A DNA stretch of 64,000 nucleotides, from assembly GCA_034006575.1 (NCBI GenBank), contig JAVESN010000001.1:6233-70232 (forward strand). The letters run 5' to 3'. How positions within the stretch are numbered: the first letter of the stretch is position 1; every line of letters begins with the position of its first letter. Both the position numbers and the translations under genes were made by a program. The notes under the pieces were generated by a model. That model saw only the letters and a program-made list of their open reading frames with translations, did not search any database and was not told the DNA's origin. Positions 38,951 through 49,832 of the stretch are shown here, in pieces. Source of the stretch: Methanimicrococcus sp. (GTDB lineage Archaea; Halobacteriota; Methanosarcinia; Methanosarcinales; Methanosarcinaceae).

Positions 38951-39499
38951 ATGGATTTCTTTAAATCATGCAGAATCTTTCTGCTCCTTTCCGGTCTTTT
39001 AATGACCCTTTTAGGCATTGTTGTTATTTTTACGCCGTATGAAAGTTTGGTGGCGCTCACTCTTATCCTCGGGCTCTTGCTACTCTTTTCCGGCCTTTCC
39101 GAAATATTGATATTTATCGATCAAGGAAAAGACGAGCGTTCCGGTTGGTGGTTAGCCGGCGGCATTCTCTCTTTAATAATCGGTATTTGGATTTTGTTCG
39201 GGCGCGGCAGTGACGCTTTATTGGCTTTTATTCCGACCGTGTTCGCCGTTTGGGTTTTATTTTCCGGTATTTTGCGTGTCGTCGGTTCTTTATCCCTGCG
39301 CTCCTACGGTGTCAAATATTGGTGGCTTTCAACAATATTGGGCCTTCTTTATTCCATTGCCGGATTTGCTTTGTTGTTTATGCCCCTCTTATCTTCCATG
39401 CTTGTCGTTTACACGATTGCGATTTCATTGATTCTTTACGGCATTACCAATGTTGTGATTTATTGGAATTTAAGAAAAATTGTCAAAGCGCTTGAATAA
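38951..39499 (+). CDS. HdeD/DUF308 family membrane protein
   Basis: Six hydrophobic segments with repeated G..ll.G pattern and GWW/WW motifs. Confidence 0.8.
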   Translation: MDFFKSCRIFLLLSGLLMTLLGIVVIFTPYESLVALTLILGLLLLFSGLSEILIFIDQGKDERSGWWLAGGILSLIIGIWILFGRGSDALLAFIPTVFAVWVLFSGILRVVGSLSLRSYGVKYWWLSTILGLLYSIAGFALLFMPLLSSMLVVYTIAISLILYGITNVVIYWNLRKIVKALE

Positions 39500-40062
39500 T
39501 TTTATAACATTCCTTTTCGCTCTATTGACTCCTCTCGATTATTCATGCCGCGCAATGCCGTGAAAATCGGAGGGTTTTAATTTTTTAAAAAAACAGAAAA
39601 CAAATACATCCCCGTTATTTACTCCGGCAGAAGCCGTTTTTATTTTCTTGTTTAATTCGGCGCTGACGGTTTTTAATTTTATGAATGCCGGTTCTTTTCG
39701 TTTTTAAAAAGAGCGGTGAAAAAAGGGGTCGGAATTTATATGTTTTTTGACAGGCGAGCTTTTCATATTTTATATTTTAATTATTTTTTATGATTATTTA
39801 TTATATATTCTTTTTTTTCGCCCCGTTTTTTTTTGTTTTAAGGCGACTGTTCTTCCTTTTTTAATCCTTTTCAATTCTTTGAAAAATTCTCCCTTTCTTT
39901 TTTTCTTTTCTTTTATCATTATTTATCCATTTTCATCTTTCATTTTTATTTCCATTTTCTTTGAATAATACAATCTATTTGTCATCATATTACGATGTGT
40001 TAATCTAAATATACATTTTACATATTAATTCCTCATTATCGCTTTTTTTTGATTTTTAATCT

Positions 40063-40077
40063 CAAAAGATTTAAGTA
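40063..40077 (+). promoter_or_regulatory. BRE/TATA of the mcr operon promoter
   Basis: CAAAAGATTTAAGTA, matching the Methanosarcina mcrB promoter motif as I recall it, ~145 nt upstream of mcrB; AAGGAGG RBS at 40204-40210. Confidence 0.7.
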
Positions 40078-40219
40078 TAAACTTGCGAATTGGATAGATG
40101 ATTGGAATGATAAATTGAGTTCATTTGTCAATAGATCTATTTTAACAAAAAACTCAAACATCGGTTCGTATTTTTTTATCATCCCGATTTCGTTTTAAAT
40201 AATAAGGAGGACAATATCC

Positions 40220-41524
40220 GTGTCTGACACAGTAGATATCTACAGCGATAGAGGACAACTCTTAGAGAGCAATGTAAACATAAGAGACCTTGCTCCCGTC
40301 AAAAACAAGGCCATCCAAAAAATCATTATGGATACCAAACGTTCAGTTGCCGTTAACCTCGCCGGTATTGAGAAATCACTCGCAACCGGTAAAATGGGCG
40401 GCGCTGCAAAGCAAATTCTCGGACGCAAACTTGAGTACAACTTGGTTGAAAACTCAGGCGCAATCGTTGATGCCGTTAAAAAATTGGTTCAAGTCGACGA
40501 AGGCGACGACACCGTTGTCAAACCCTTGGCAGGCGGCAAACAAATTCTGATTCAAATCCCGACAGCACGTTTGATGTCCGGCGCAGAATCCACAGCTTCC
40601 ATGACAGTCAGCGCAGCAGCGATGACCCAAGCGATTCTTGACATATACAACACTGACATGTACGACTCCATGATCGTCAAAGCCGCCTGCTGGGGCAGCT
40701 ACCCGGTCACCGTCGGTATGGCAGGAAGTCCGATTAAAGGAATTCTCGACATCCCCCAAAACAACGAGGGTCTCGGTTATTCACTTCGAAACATCACATC
40801 CAACCACGTGGCAGCCATTACCAAAAGAAACGCGATGAACGCAGCCGCTTTGTCTTCAATTTATGAGCAAACCGGTATCTTTGAAATGGGCGGCGCAATC
40901 GGTGACTTTGAAAGACACCAGCTTCTCGGCTTGGCTTACCAAGGCTTAAACGCCAACAACATGGTCTACGAAATGGTTAAAGAGAACGGCAAAAGCGGAA
41001 CCGTCGGATCCGTTATCGAAACACTCGTCAACAAAGCCATCGAAGACAAAGTTATTCACGTTGATAAAACAGGCGCATCCGGCTACAACTTCTACAAAGC
41101 AGACGATGTCGCCAAATGGAACGCATACACAGCAGCCGGCACACTTGCGGCGACAATGGTGAACTGCGGCGCATCCCGCGCGGCACAAGACGTTGCGGCA
41201 ACAATGCTTTACTTCAACGACATCCTCGAAAAAGAAACAGGCCTTCCGGGCTGTGACTACGGTAAGCTCCAGGGCGCATCCGTCGGCTTCTCTTTCTTCA
41301 GCCACTCCATTTACGGCGGCGGCGGACCCGGTATCTTTAACGGAAACCACGTTGTTACAAGACACTCCAGAGGATTCGCTATTCCTTGTGTCGCAGCAGC
41401 CGTTTCTCTTGACGCAGGAACTCAAATGTTCACAATCGAATCGACCTCTGCAATTATCGGAGACGTTTTCGGAACCATCGAAGAGTTCAGAGAACCGATT
41501 AAAGCCGTTGCAGGAGCCCTCTAA
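40220..41524 (+). CDS. mcrB: Methyl-coenzyme M reductase beta subunit
   Basis: FFSHSIYGGGGPGIFNGNHVVTRHSRG; GTG start. Confidence 0.99.
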   Translation: MSDTVDIYSDRGQLLESNVNIRDLAPVKNKAIQKIIMDTKRSVAVNLAGIEKSLATGKMGGAAKQILGRKLEYNLVENSGAIVDAVKKLVQVDEGDDTVVKPLAGGKQILIQIPTARLMSGAESTASMTVSAAAMTQAILDIYNTDMYDSMIVKAACWGSYPVTVGMAGSPIKGILDIPQNNEGLGYSLRNITSNHVAAITKRNAMNAAALSSIYEQTGIFEMGGAIGDFERHQLLGLAYQGLNANNMVYEMVKENGKSGTVGSVIETLVNKAIEDKVIHVDKTGASGYNFYKADDVAKWNAYTAAGTLAATMVNCGASRAAQDVAATMLYFNDILEKETGLPGCDYGKLQGASVGFSFFSHSIYGGGGPGIFNGNHVVTRHSRGFAIPCVAAAVSLDAGTQMFTIESTSAIIGDVFGTIEEFREPIKAVAGAL

Positions 41525-41551
41525 ATATCCCGATGAAGGTCTGATGATACT

Positions 41552-42070
41552 ATGACATGTCCCACTGAATCAGGATGCCATTGTGAATCCGCAAGAAACA
41601 ATACGGTTCAAATCGAAATTGTTCCGCAGAGAATCTTAAGTCCCGAAACGACGGAAATCCTTCTCGGAAAAGTTTACGATTGCGACGGTATTATTCGGGT
41701 ACTGGTCCAGGGGTCTCGTTTGCCCGACAAAGTCGGCTATGGTCCGGGTACCGGTGAAAAAGTCAACCATCCGCTTAAGAAATCTATCGAAGTGGAAGGA
41801 CAGCAAGTGAACATGCGCGTCACGTTAAGTCGTCTTTTGATTGAAGTTGACAGTGACGAAACGGCTGATCAAATCAAGAAAATATGCGACGAAATATTTC
41901 GTTTCCCCTTTGAGTTTTACAAAGGCGTATTTTTCAAAAAATATTCAACCGTTGTTGACTATGCGAAAATGGGGCCCGCCCCCGACGAACGTTTGCTCGG
42001 CATGACCGATCCGAAAGGAAAACTCGATCAAATCGTCTTTATCGAAAAAAATGAAAAAGGCAGCGAATAA
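41552..42070 (+). CDS. mcrD: MCR operon protein D
   Basis: IEIVPQRIL, GPGTGEKVNH, TVVDYAK; operon position. Confidence 0.95.
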   Translation: MTCPTESGCHCESARNNTVQIEIVPQRILSPETTEILLGKVYDCDGIIRVLVQGSRLPDKVGYGPGTGEKVNHPLKKSIEVEGQQVNMRVTLSRLLIEVDSDETADQIKKICDEIFRFPFEFYKGVFFKKYSTVVDYAKMGPAPDERLLGMTDPKGKLDQIVFIEKNEKGSE

Positions 42071-42105
42071 AAATAATAACCGTACGGACCAAAGAGGTTA
42101 AAAAA

Positions 42106-42708
42106 ATGATGAACTTCGATCGAAACACTCAAGTCGTTGACTGCCGCCTCGGCATCAGTCATGGCAAAGGCGGAAGTCTTGCGCGCGCGGGAACGCTTTC
42201 TCAAGCCGGAAAGCTTGATGTCGTTGTCGTCGCGATGGGTTCGGGCAGAAGGCACGTTACAAAACCGATTTGTGAAATTACATACGCGATTCGCAGAGAA
42301 AATATTCAAACAGGCGTTTTGGTTCTTTATGCCGGAACGGGTTATCCCGATTCGGGTACTATGGGTTCTTTCGGGATTGATCCCAAAGAAATCGATCAAA
42401 TTAATATGCACAAAATGGCGATTATTCACTTCGGTAATGTCAGAAACCATTTTGTTAAAAAAGCCAGAGATATTTTCAGCGGCGTTCGTATTCCCGCAGT
42501 TATTATCAGTCAAGCGCTTGTCGACTTTGAAGATTTCGCTAAAGTCGGTATTAAAACCCGCTACGTTAAACCCCGAGAAAAAGATCAGATTTCAGATGGC
42601 GTTATTATGAATCTCGTCAACGGCGTTTCCAGAGGAGACGCTGCGTCGCGCGAGAAACTCAGTGAGATTATTGTTAAAGTAAAGGAAACATTAGGCCAAA
42701 TCCAATAA
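42106..42708 (+). CDS. mcrC: MCR operon protein C
   Basis: TQVVDCR.G...GGSLAR.GTLS, RRHVTKPICEIT, VDFEDFA. Confidence 0.95.
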   Translation: MMNFDRNTQVVDCRLGISHGKGGSLARAGTLSQAGKLDVVVVAMGSGRRHVTKPICEITYAIRRENIQTGVLVLYAGTGYPDSGTMGSFGIDPKEIDQINMHKMAIIHFGNVRNHFVKKARDIFSGVRIPAVIISQALVDFEDFAKVGIKTRYVKPREKDQISDGVIMNLVNGVSRGDAASREKLSEIIVKVKETLGQIQ

Positions 42709-42721
42709 AGGAGTTAAGAAT

Positions 42722-43483
42722 ATGGCATATAAAGCACAATATTATCCAGGTACAACCTCTGTTGCAGAAAACAGAAGAAAACACATGGGTCACAAAGTGG
42801 AAAAATTAAGGGAAATTTCCGACGAAGATTTAACGGCGATTCTCGGCCACCGCGCACCCGGTCAGGACTACCCCAGCACGCACCCGCCGCTTGCGGAAAT
42901 GGAAGAACCGCCGTGCCCGATCAGAGAATTGGTCGAACCGACGCCCGGCGCAAAAGCAGGCGACCGTATCAGATACGTTCAGTTCGTTGACTCTATGTAC
43001 AACGCCCCGTCCGTTCCGTACGTTCGATCCTACTACGCCGCCATCAACTTCAGAGGCGTTGACCCCGGTACACTTTCCGGTCGTCAAATCGTTGAAGCAC
43101 GTGAAAGAGATATGGAAATTGTCGCAAAAGATCAACTCGAATCCGAGATGACTTGTCCGGCACGCAGCGGTATCCGCGGCGCAACTGTTCACGGTCACTC
43201 TGTCCGTCTCCAAGAAGACGGCGTTATGTTTGACATGCTTGACAGAAGAAGACTCGAAGGCGATGTCATCATTATGGACAAAGACCAAGTGGCTATTCCG
43301 CTTGACAGAAAAGTCAACCTCGGAAAACCCATGTCCGAAGACGAATTAGCCAAGAGGACCACCATCTACCGTGTGGACAACGTTCCGTTCAGATCCGATG
43401 CGGAAGCAGTTGAATGGGTTCAGAGAGTTTACTTACAGAGAACTCAGTACGGCTTCAGACCCGGTGTGGAGAAAGCACAGTAA
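42722..43483 (+). CDS. mcrG: Methyl-coenzyme M reductase gamma subunit
   Basis: LGHRAPG..YPSTHPPL, GTLSGRQIVEARERD, RGATVHGHS. Confidence 0.99.
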   Translation: MAYKAQYYPGTTSVAENRRKHMGHKVEKLREISDEDLTAILGHRAPGQDYPSTHPPLAEMEEPPCPIRELVEPTPGAKAGDRIRYVQFVDSMYNAPSVPYVRSYYAAINFRGVDPGTLSGRQIVEARERDMEIVAKDQLESEMTCPARSGIRGATVHGHSVRLQEDGVMFDMLDRRRLEGDVIIMDKDQVAIPLDRKVNLGKPMSEDELAKRTTIYRVDNVPFRSDAEAVEWVQRVYLQRTQYGFRPGVEKAQ

Positions 43484-43495
43484 GGAGTGACAAAA

Positions 43496-45214
43496 ATGGC
43501 ACGAGAAGATATTTTTGAAAGATTTAAGAGATCCATGGAAATCAAGTTCGCTGAGGACTATGGTGACAACAGACAGGGCGGTACCGATATTACCTCAAAG
43601 ACCGAGAAATTCTACAGACTCGGTCCGGAACAGAGCCCCAGAAAAAGAGACATGATTAAAGCCGGTAAAGAAATCGCAAAGAAAAGAGGTCTTGTCGGCT
43701 ACAACCCCATGATGCACACCGGCGCGCCGCTCGGTCAAAGAGCGATTACGCCGTACAGAATTTCAGGCACAGACCTTGTTTGTGACCCGGACGACTTACA
43801 CTATGTCAACAACGCCGCAATGCAGCAAATGGTTGACGATATCAAGAGAACCAACATTGTCGGTCTCGACATGGCTCACGACACTCTCGAAAAGAGATTG
43901 GGCAAAGAAGTGACGCCTGAGACCATCAACAACTACCTTGAAAACCTCAACCACTCCCTTCCGGGCGGCGCGGTCGTTCAGGAAATGATGGTTGAATGTC
44001 ACCCGGGGCTTGTCGACGACTGTTTCGTTAAGATGTTTACCGGAAACGATGACCTCGCAGACGAAATCGACAAACAGTTCTTAATTGACATCAACAAAAT
44101 GTTCCCGGCCGAACAAGCGGAACAATTAAAAGCAGCGATTGGAAACACCTCGTGGCAGGCGCTTCACATCCCGACGATTGTCATCCGATCGACTGACGGC
44201 GGTCAAACCAGCAGATGGTCTGCCATGCAAATCGGTATGTCCTTCATCTCCGCATACAACATGTGCGCCGGTGAAGCAGCTGTCGCTGATTTGTCCTATG
44301 CCGCAAAACACGCCGGTTCCATCAACATGGGTGAAATGCTCCCCGCAAGACGTGTCAGAGCGCCCAACGAACCCGGAGGCGTTTCATTCGGTCACTTGTC
44401 CGATATTATCCAAACAAGCCGTGTCAATGTCGACGATCCCGCAAAGGTCGCCCTTGAAGTGGTCGGCGCAGGCTGTGTCATGTACGACCAGATTTGGCTC
44501 GGTTCATACATGTCCGGCGGTGTCGGTTTCACACAATACGCAACCGCCGCTTACACGGACGACATTTTGGACAACAACTTGTACTACAACGTCGATTACA
44601 TCAACAAGAAGTACAACAACGCGGCCAAAACCGGAACCACAAACAAAGTGAGAGCGACAAACGAAGTCATTGAAGACATCGCGACCGAATCCACCCTCTA
44701 CGGTATTGAAGAATACGAAAGATACCCGTCTGCTCTTGAAGACCACTTCGGCGGTTCACAGAGAGCGACTTCCCTTGCGGCAGCGGCCGGTTGTGCGGTT
44801 TCTATCGCAACAGGAAACGGTAACGCAGGTCTTTCCGGCTGGTACCTCTCCATGTACCTCCACAAGGAAGCATGGGGCCGTCTCGGCTTCTACGGCTACG
44901 ACTTGCAGGACCAGTGCGGTGCTTCTAACGTTTGTTCCTACCAAGGCGATGAAGGTGCTCCCGCAGAACTTCGCGGTCCCAACTACCCCAACTACGCTAT
45001 GAACGTCGGTCACCAGGGCGGTTATGCCGGTATCACAATGGCTGCGCACTCCACAAGAGGCGATGCCTACACCGTCAACCCGTTGATCAAAGTCTGTTTC
45101 GCAGACGACCTTTTGCCGTTCGACTTCACCAGACCGAGATACGAATTCGGTCGCGGCGCGCTCAGAGAATTCGAGCCTGCCGGTGAAAGAACATTAATCA
45201 TTCCGGCAAAATAA
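43496..45214 (+). CDS. mcrA: Methyl-coenzyme M reductase alpha subunit
   Basis: [54 protein letters not shown]; alternative GTG start at 43487. Confidence 0.99.
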   Translation: MAREDIFERFKRSMEIKFAEDYGDNRQGGTDITSKTEKFYRLGPEQSPRKRDMIKAGKEIAKKRGLVGYNPMMHTGAPLGQRAITPYRISGTDLVCDPDDLHYVNNAAMQQMVDDIKRTNIVGLDMAHDTLEKRLGKEVTPETINNYLENLNHSLPGGAVVQEMMVECHPGLVDDCFVKMFTGNDDLADEIDKQFLIDINKMFPAEQAEQLKAAIGNTSWQALHIPTIVIRSTDGGQTSRWSAMQIGMSFISAYNMCAGEAAVADLSYAAKHAGSINMGEMLPARRVRAPNEPGGVSFGHLSDIIQTSRVNVDDPAKVALEVVGAGCVMYDQIWLGSYMSGGVGFTQYATAAYTDDILDNNLYYNVDYINKKYNNAAKTGTTNKVRATNEVIEDIATESTLYGIEEYERYPSALEDHFGGSQRATSLAAAAGCAVSIATGNGNAGLSGWYLSMYLHKEAWGRLGFYGYDLQDQCGASNVCSYQGDEGAPAELRGPNYPNYAMNVGHQGGYAGITMAAHSTRGDAYTVNPLIKVCFADDLLPFDFTRPRYEFGRGALREFEPAGERTLIIPAK

Positions 45215-45237
45215 TTCCGCCGAATGTAAAATTCGCA

Positions 45238-45279
45238 AATTGTCGGACGTTTTGTCCGGCAATTCTTTTTCTTTTTTTT
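45238..45279 (+). terminator. mcr operon terminator
   Basis: aattgtcggac-gtttt-gtccggcaatt hairpin followed by long T-run. Confidence 0.7.
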
Positions 45280-45451
45280 CAATCTCTTTTTTAAATATTT
45301 GAAAAATTGATTTTTTAAGTTTGACACCTATTTGAAAAAATCCAACATATGAACTATTAATATACAAAATACGGAACAATTTGCATATTGCTCAAAAATT
45401 TTGAAAATCTGTTCCTCAAACCTTATAATCTTTCAATTCCTACGAAAAGGT

Positions 45452-46990
45452 ATGATTGTTTCCGTTCAAAAATCCCGCCTTTTTGGCGAAATCGATGCGC
45501 CCGGCTCCAAAAGTTATACGCACCGCGCGATATTTGCGGCGTCCCTTGGGGAAAGTGAATGTCGGTTGTTTCATTGTTTGATGTCGGCGGACACGATATC
45601 AACCTTGGAAGCTTGCCGAATGTTTGGCGCCCGAATTAAAGAAACAACCGAAAACGGCAAACCGGTTCTCATCGTTTGCGGTTTCGGGGGCAAACCCGTC
45701 GTTCCTTCAAACGTAATCGATGTCGGCAATTCGGGAACGACGCTTCGTTTGATGACCGCTTTTTCCGGGCTTTTAGACGGGGATGTCACGTTGACGGGGG
45801 ATGATTCCATTCAAAAAAGACCCAACACCCCCCTGATTCGAACGCTTCAACAAATGGGCGCTCAAGTTCAATCGAAAAACAACAACGATTGCGCGCCTTT
45901 AACCGTCAAGGGACCGATTCGCCCGGGAGCGTATTCCATTGACGGCGGCATGAGTTCGCAATTCATTTCCGCGCTTCTTCTGACTTGTCCGCTTTTAGAC
46001 GGCGATTCCGTCATTCGCATCGACGGCGAATTGAAATCAAAACCGTATGTCGACATCACTTTAGAAATCGCGAAAAAAGCGGGCATTGAAATTCAAGAAA
46101 CTTTCTCAGAAAGGATGCAAACGAATGAAGCGGCGGCAGATACGGCAGACTCTGCAGACGCGGCAGACTCTGCAGACGCGGCAATAAATACAGTCGCAGA
46201 TGCGGAACTTGCTGCGGCAGACGCGGCAATAAATCCTGTTTCTTATACGGAACTTGCAGCGGCCAACGCCATACTAAATATGGTTGCAAATGCGAAACTT
46301 GCCGCAGCCGGCACCGCGGCAAATGAAAATACTCCCGCTTCTCTTTCTTATTTCATTTCCGGCAATCAAACTTATTCGCTGCCGGACTACGCCGTTCCCG
46401 GCGATTTTTCTTCCGTTTCCTACATTTTGGCCGCGGGGGCGTTGATTCCAAACGCCGAAATCAAAGTTCAAAATATTTTTGATTCCGCGCAGGGCGACAG
46501 CGCCATCGTTGATGTTTTAAAAGAAATGGGCGCCGACGTTTCGTGGGACAAAAAGGCCGGCGTCATTCGCGTTTCCAATCGTGGAAGACGGTTAAAAGGA
46601 ATCGTTTACGACGCCGGAAAAACGCCGGATTTGGTTCCGACGCTTGCGGTTCTCGGCGCATTTTCGGACGGCGAAATGGAAATTATAAATGCCGCTCACG
46701 TTCGCTTAAAAGAAACGGACCGCCTAAAAGCGATGGCGGTTGAATTAAAAAAAGCCGGCGTTTTCATTGAAGAAACAGAAGACGGTTTAATTATTTCCGG
46801 TGAAAAAAGTAAAAACAAACTCATCGGCGCTGATTTTCACGGGTGGGACGATCACCGCATTGTCATGTCTTTATTCGTTGCCGGAATGCTTCTTGGAAAC
46901 ACCACAATCGATACTGCCGATTCCGTTTCAATTTCATATCCTCATTTCTTTGAAGACATGAAAAAAGTCGGCGCCGTTTTTGAAAAATGA
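45452..46990 (+). CDS. aroA: 3-phosphoshikimate 1-carboxyvinyltransferase with ~80-aa Ala-rich insertion
   Basis: PGSKSYTHR, GNSGTTLR, SSQFISAL, SKPYVDIT, PGDFSS, KETDR, DDHRIVM, SYP.FF. Confidence 0.95.
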   Translation: MIVSVQKSRLFGEIDAPGSKSYTHRAIFAASLGESECRLFHCLMSADTISTLEACRMFGARIKETTENGKPVLIVCGFGGKPVVPSNVIDVGNSGTTLRLMTAFSGLLDGDVTLTGDDSIQKRPNTPLIRTLQQMGAQVQSKNNNDCAPLTVKGPIRPGAYSIDGGMSSQFISALLLTCPLLDGDSVIRIDGELKSKPYVDITLEIAKKAGIEIQETFSERMQTNEAAADTADSADAADSADAAINTVADAELAAADAAINPVSYTELAAANAILNMVANAKLAAAGTAANENTPASLSYFISGNQTYSLPDYAVPGDFSSVSYILAAGALIPNAEIKVQNIFDSAQGDSAIVDVLKEMGADVSWDKKAGVIRVSNRGRRLKGIVYDAGKTPDLVPTLAVLGAFSDGEMEIINAAHVRLKETDRLKAMAVELKKAGVFIEETEDGLIISGEKSKNKLIGADFHGWDDHRIVMSLFVAGMLLGNTTIDTADSVSISYPHFFEDMKKVGAVFEK

Positions 46991-47011
46991 ATAAATTCGC
47001 AAAAACACGAC

Positions 47012-47620
47012 CGGCATTTCAACAAAAATCACGCGCGCCAAACAGCGAAACCGTCTGATAAATTTTAAAAAATGAAAATGGAAAAAACAGGGAGTAATTT
47101 TTCATTTTATATTTTTGGTGTGAATCCGCAAATTTCCGATTTTATTTGTTCGCTTCGCTCACAAATAAAATCGAAAATTAGCGGTCGTATTTGGGATTTT
47201 CAAACATTCCTCAAATACAGCCCGGAAATGTTTTTCCGCGGATGCCCTGTCCGATTCCAAAAGGAAATTCACGAAAAATTAGAAATTCCGTTTTTGAAAA
47301 CATTTTGTTATAGATACAAACTGCAAAACAAAAACGCTGACAAAGTTGAAAAATAAAAATGCGATACGGCATTTCAACAAAATCACGCCGCGCCAAACAG
47401 CGAAATCGTTCCGCAATTTTTCAAAAACTAAAAACGAAAAAAGCAGATGTTATTTTTATTTGATTTTTCTTGGTCGAATCCGCTCATTTCCGATTATTTT
47501 TTGCTCGCTATCGCTCACAAAAAAAATCGAAAATTAGCGGTCGTATTTGGGATTTTCAAACATTCCTCAAATACAGCCCGGAAATGTTTTTCCGCGGATG
47601 CCCTGTCCGATTCCAAAAGG
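47012..47620. repeat. Two copies (~253 bp; 47012-47264 and 47367-47620) of a structured non-coding repeat
   Basis: Last 98 bp identical (47167-47264 = 47523-47620); internal inverted repeats; 5' motif gcgccaaacagc(g)aaa also at ~3981 and ~31613. Confidence 0.9.
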
Positions 47621-47779
47621 GATGCGATGAGAAACCGGGATAAATGAAGATAAATAGGCAAGTATTCCGTTTTTCACTTTTTGGAATTGCCGGAATTTGG
47701 TTTCTTATCCTATGACAAAATGATAAAATGATGCACTTCGCGATTGAAGGCAGGCATTTTATTTTTTATTTCAATTCTT

Positions 47780-49015
47780 TTATTTCGGCGGCAGTCCGAG
47801 TGTGTTTATTTGGTGAATCAATTCAGTAAATGCTTGAACCTCAAAATCCAGCACTTCTTCTTTGGTCATGCTTGCCGACATTTCGCCGTCAATTGAGAGC
47901 GTATCGGGACCGCGGCGGACGATGCGTTTGGATTTTTCGGGAATTAAAATCTCTTTGAGCTCTTTTTCGTGAACAAAACAGCGGCCGGGGACGAAAACGG
48001 TATCTTTTAATTCGGTCGGGTTGATTTCTCTTAAATCATCCGCCGTAATCAGGCACGCGATGTCTTTTTTCGCGGCGACCACGTTGACCGTTCCCCCGAG
48101 TTTTTCAAAAATTTCCGACAAGCGCGGCTCGGCCGAAAGGCTTGTGATGATTGTCGCTTCTTTATCGATTTTGGGAAGTTTTGCCAAAGAATCGGAATCG
48201 TTTCGAATCGCGAAAGGGGAATCCAAAAGCGGGTCTTCAAGCGGTGTTCCCGAGATTCTTAGATTCGGGTGATTTTTTGAAGCGGTCCGAACAATATTTG
48301 CAAATTCTTCAATCGTGTGAGAAACGACACCCGGAATCACCGGCGCATTTCCCAAAATCAAACCGTTTTCCGTTTTGTTGGCAAAACGCATCAACAGAGC
48401 GCCTTTGGCGCCGACTTCTTCCAGCCAAGATAAGGTTTTTTCCAAAACGGTGCCGTCGTTTGCACCCGGAACGAGAACAATGGCCGCGTAAACATGACAA
48501 AAATCGCAAAGCTCTTCAAAAACTTTCAACGACATCTCCGGCGTCGAGTCGCCCATGTACTCCTTTCGAAGCGCCGGGTCCGACGCAAAAAGCGTGAAAT
48601 TCACTTCCCGAATGCCCGCTTCTTTTAAACGCGGCGCTTCCGACCCGTCAAAACCCTTGCCGCTGGTATATCCGATTTTAACGGGCAGACCGAATTCGGA
48701 TAAAAAGGATAAAAGCGGCAAAAATTCCGGATAACAACTGACATCCCCGCCGCCCGTTATAACAAATCCCGAAATGTCGGAGCCGGAGCGACTGTAAATC
48801 TTAGCGGCCGTCTCGTCCAAGACTTGTTTCATCGGCTTAAAACCATGATGGGATTCAAAGACGCTTCGCACGCAATAATCGCACCCTTTTATAAACGGCG
48901 GGCAATATTTACATCCCAAAGGCTCCGTTTTTTTGACATTTTTAAAATAACAATATTTACAAAATCCGCGGCAATCTCTTCCCGGATTTCCGCCGACATC
49001 CACCAAAATTTCCAT
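47780..49015 (-). CDS. mmp10: Methanogenesis marker protein 10 (McrA arginine methyltransferase, radical SAM)
   Basis: [23 protein letters not shown]...CDYC iron loop, [17 protein letters not shown]. Confidence 0.92.
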   Translation of the reverse strand: MEILVDVGGNPGRDCRGFCKYCYFKNVKKTEPLGCKYCPPFIKGCDYCVRSVFESHHGFKPMKQVLDETAAKIYSRSGSDISGFVITGGGDVSCYPEFLPLLSFLSEFGLPVKIGYTSGKGFDGSEAPRLKEAGIREVNFTLFASDPALRKEYMGDSTPEMSLKVFEELCDFCHVYAAIVLVPGANDGTVLEKTLSWLEEVGAKGALLMRFANKTENGLILGNAPVIPGVVSHTIEEFANIVRTASKNHPNLRISGTPLEDPLLDSPFAIRNDSDSLAKLPKIDKEATIITSLSAEPRLSEIFEKLGGTVNVVAAKKDIACLITADDLREINPTELKDTVFVPGRCFVHEKELKEILIPEKSKRIVRRGPDTLSIDGEMSASMTKEEVLDFEVQAFTELIHQINTLGLPPK

Positions 49016-49074
49016 GAGGATTAAAAGAAGATTTGATATTAATAAATTATCAAAATCCCGGTTTTTAAATTTAT

Positions 49075-49821
49075 TTAATCCTCCGTTTTCAAACTTTCCG
49101 GAAGCATTAACAAAAATGGCAAAACACGGCCGTCGTCAATGCCGGCATAAGTTGAGCCGAGAAGCGTGTTGATGTCGTATCTTTTTTTATTTTCAAAATA
49201 ATATTTTTCGGAGGGGAGCCGGATGTACGTTTTTTCGAGTTTCTCTGCCAAAAACCATTTTTCGATTAAAATCGCCGCTTTTATATTGTTTTTCACAAAC
49301 GGATGAATCCAAAATAATTTTAAATGAATCAAAGAAGCATGATAAAATATTTCCGGCAGCGACATCTCCTCTTGGATTAACGATTGAATTTGTTGGAAAA
49401 AAGAGATCATCAAAGCTTTTACATACTCCGGCTCCGGAGGCTTATAAATCCGTCTCCCGCACTCGTTAAAAATCGCGACCTGAACTCTTCGATAAGAAAC
49501 GGCCGCCGTTTTCTTATTCGGTCCTTTTAAAATTTCGGACAAATAGTACATGACCTCGTGAAAATTTTGTTCGTTGAGTTCTTTTTGAAACATCAAACGA
49601 TACGCTAAAATTCCGCGAACGACTTCATCCTCTCCGGTTTCTTTAAGCGGCGTTTTTCTCTCCGTTTCCCAAAGATGCCACGACAAATCCTGAAATATCT
49701 CCTCTTCTTCCTCCTCCGATAAATTCTTATTTTTTTCCAAAAATGAATTTGTCAATCCTCTTAGTTTGCGGCCGGTTGAGTCATTGTATTTCATAAAATA
49801 CTTTTTATCCGTTATTTCCAT
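49075..49821 (-). CDS. Fic-domain protein with degenerate catalytic motif
   Basis: YRRVQV...[25 protein letters not shown] (canonical HPFxDGNGRxxR); AGGAG RBS before ATG 49821. Confidence 0.75.
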   Translation of the reverse strand: MEITDKKYFMKYNDSTGRKLRGLTNSFLEKNKNLSEEEEEEIFQDLSWHLWETERKTPLKETGEDEVVRGILAYRLMFQKELNEQNFHEVMYYLSEILKGPNKKTAAVSYRRVQVAIFNECGRRIYKPPEPEYVKALMISFFQQIQSLIQEEMSLPEIFYHASLIHLKLFWIHPFVKNNIKAAILIEKWFLAEKLEKTYIRLPSEKYYFENKKRYDINTLLGSTYAGIDDGRVLPFLLMLPESLKTED

Positions 49822-49832
49822 TTTTCCTCTCC

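Noticed and set aside
46105-46348. Intein in aroA
   Set aside because: No intein terminal residues or endonuclease motifs; low-complexity repeat origin.
47072-47647. Short ORFs in the duplicated element (47072, 47211, 47346, 47447)
   Set aside because: Frames are not conserved between the two copies; likely spurious.
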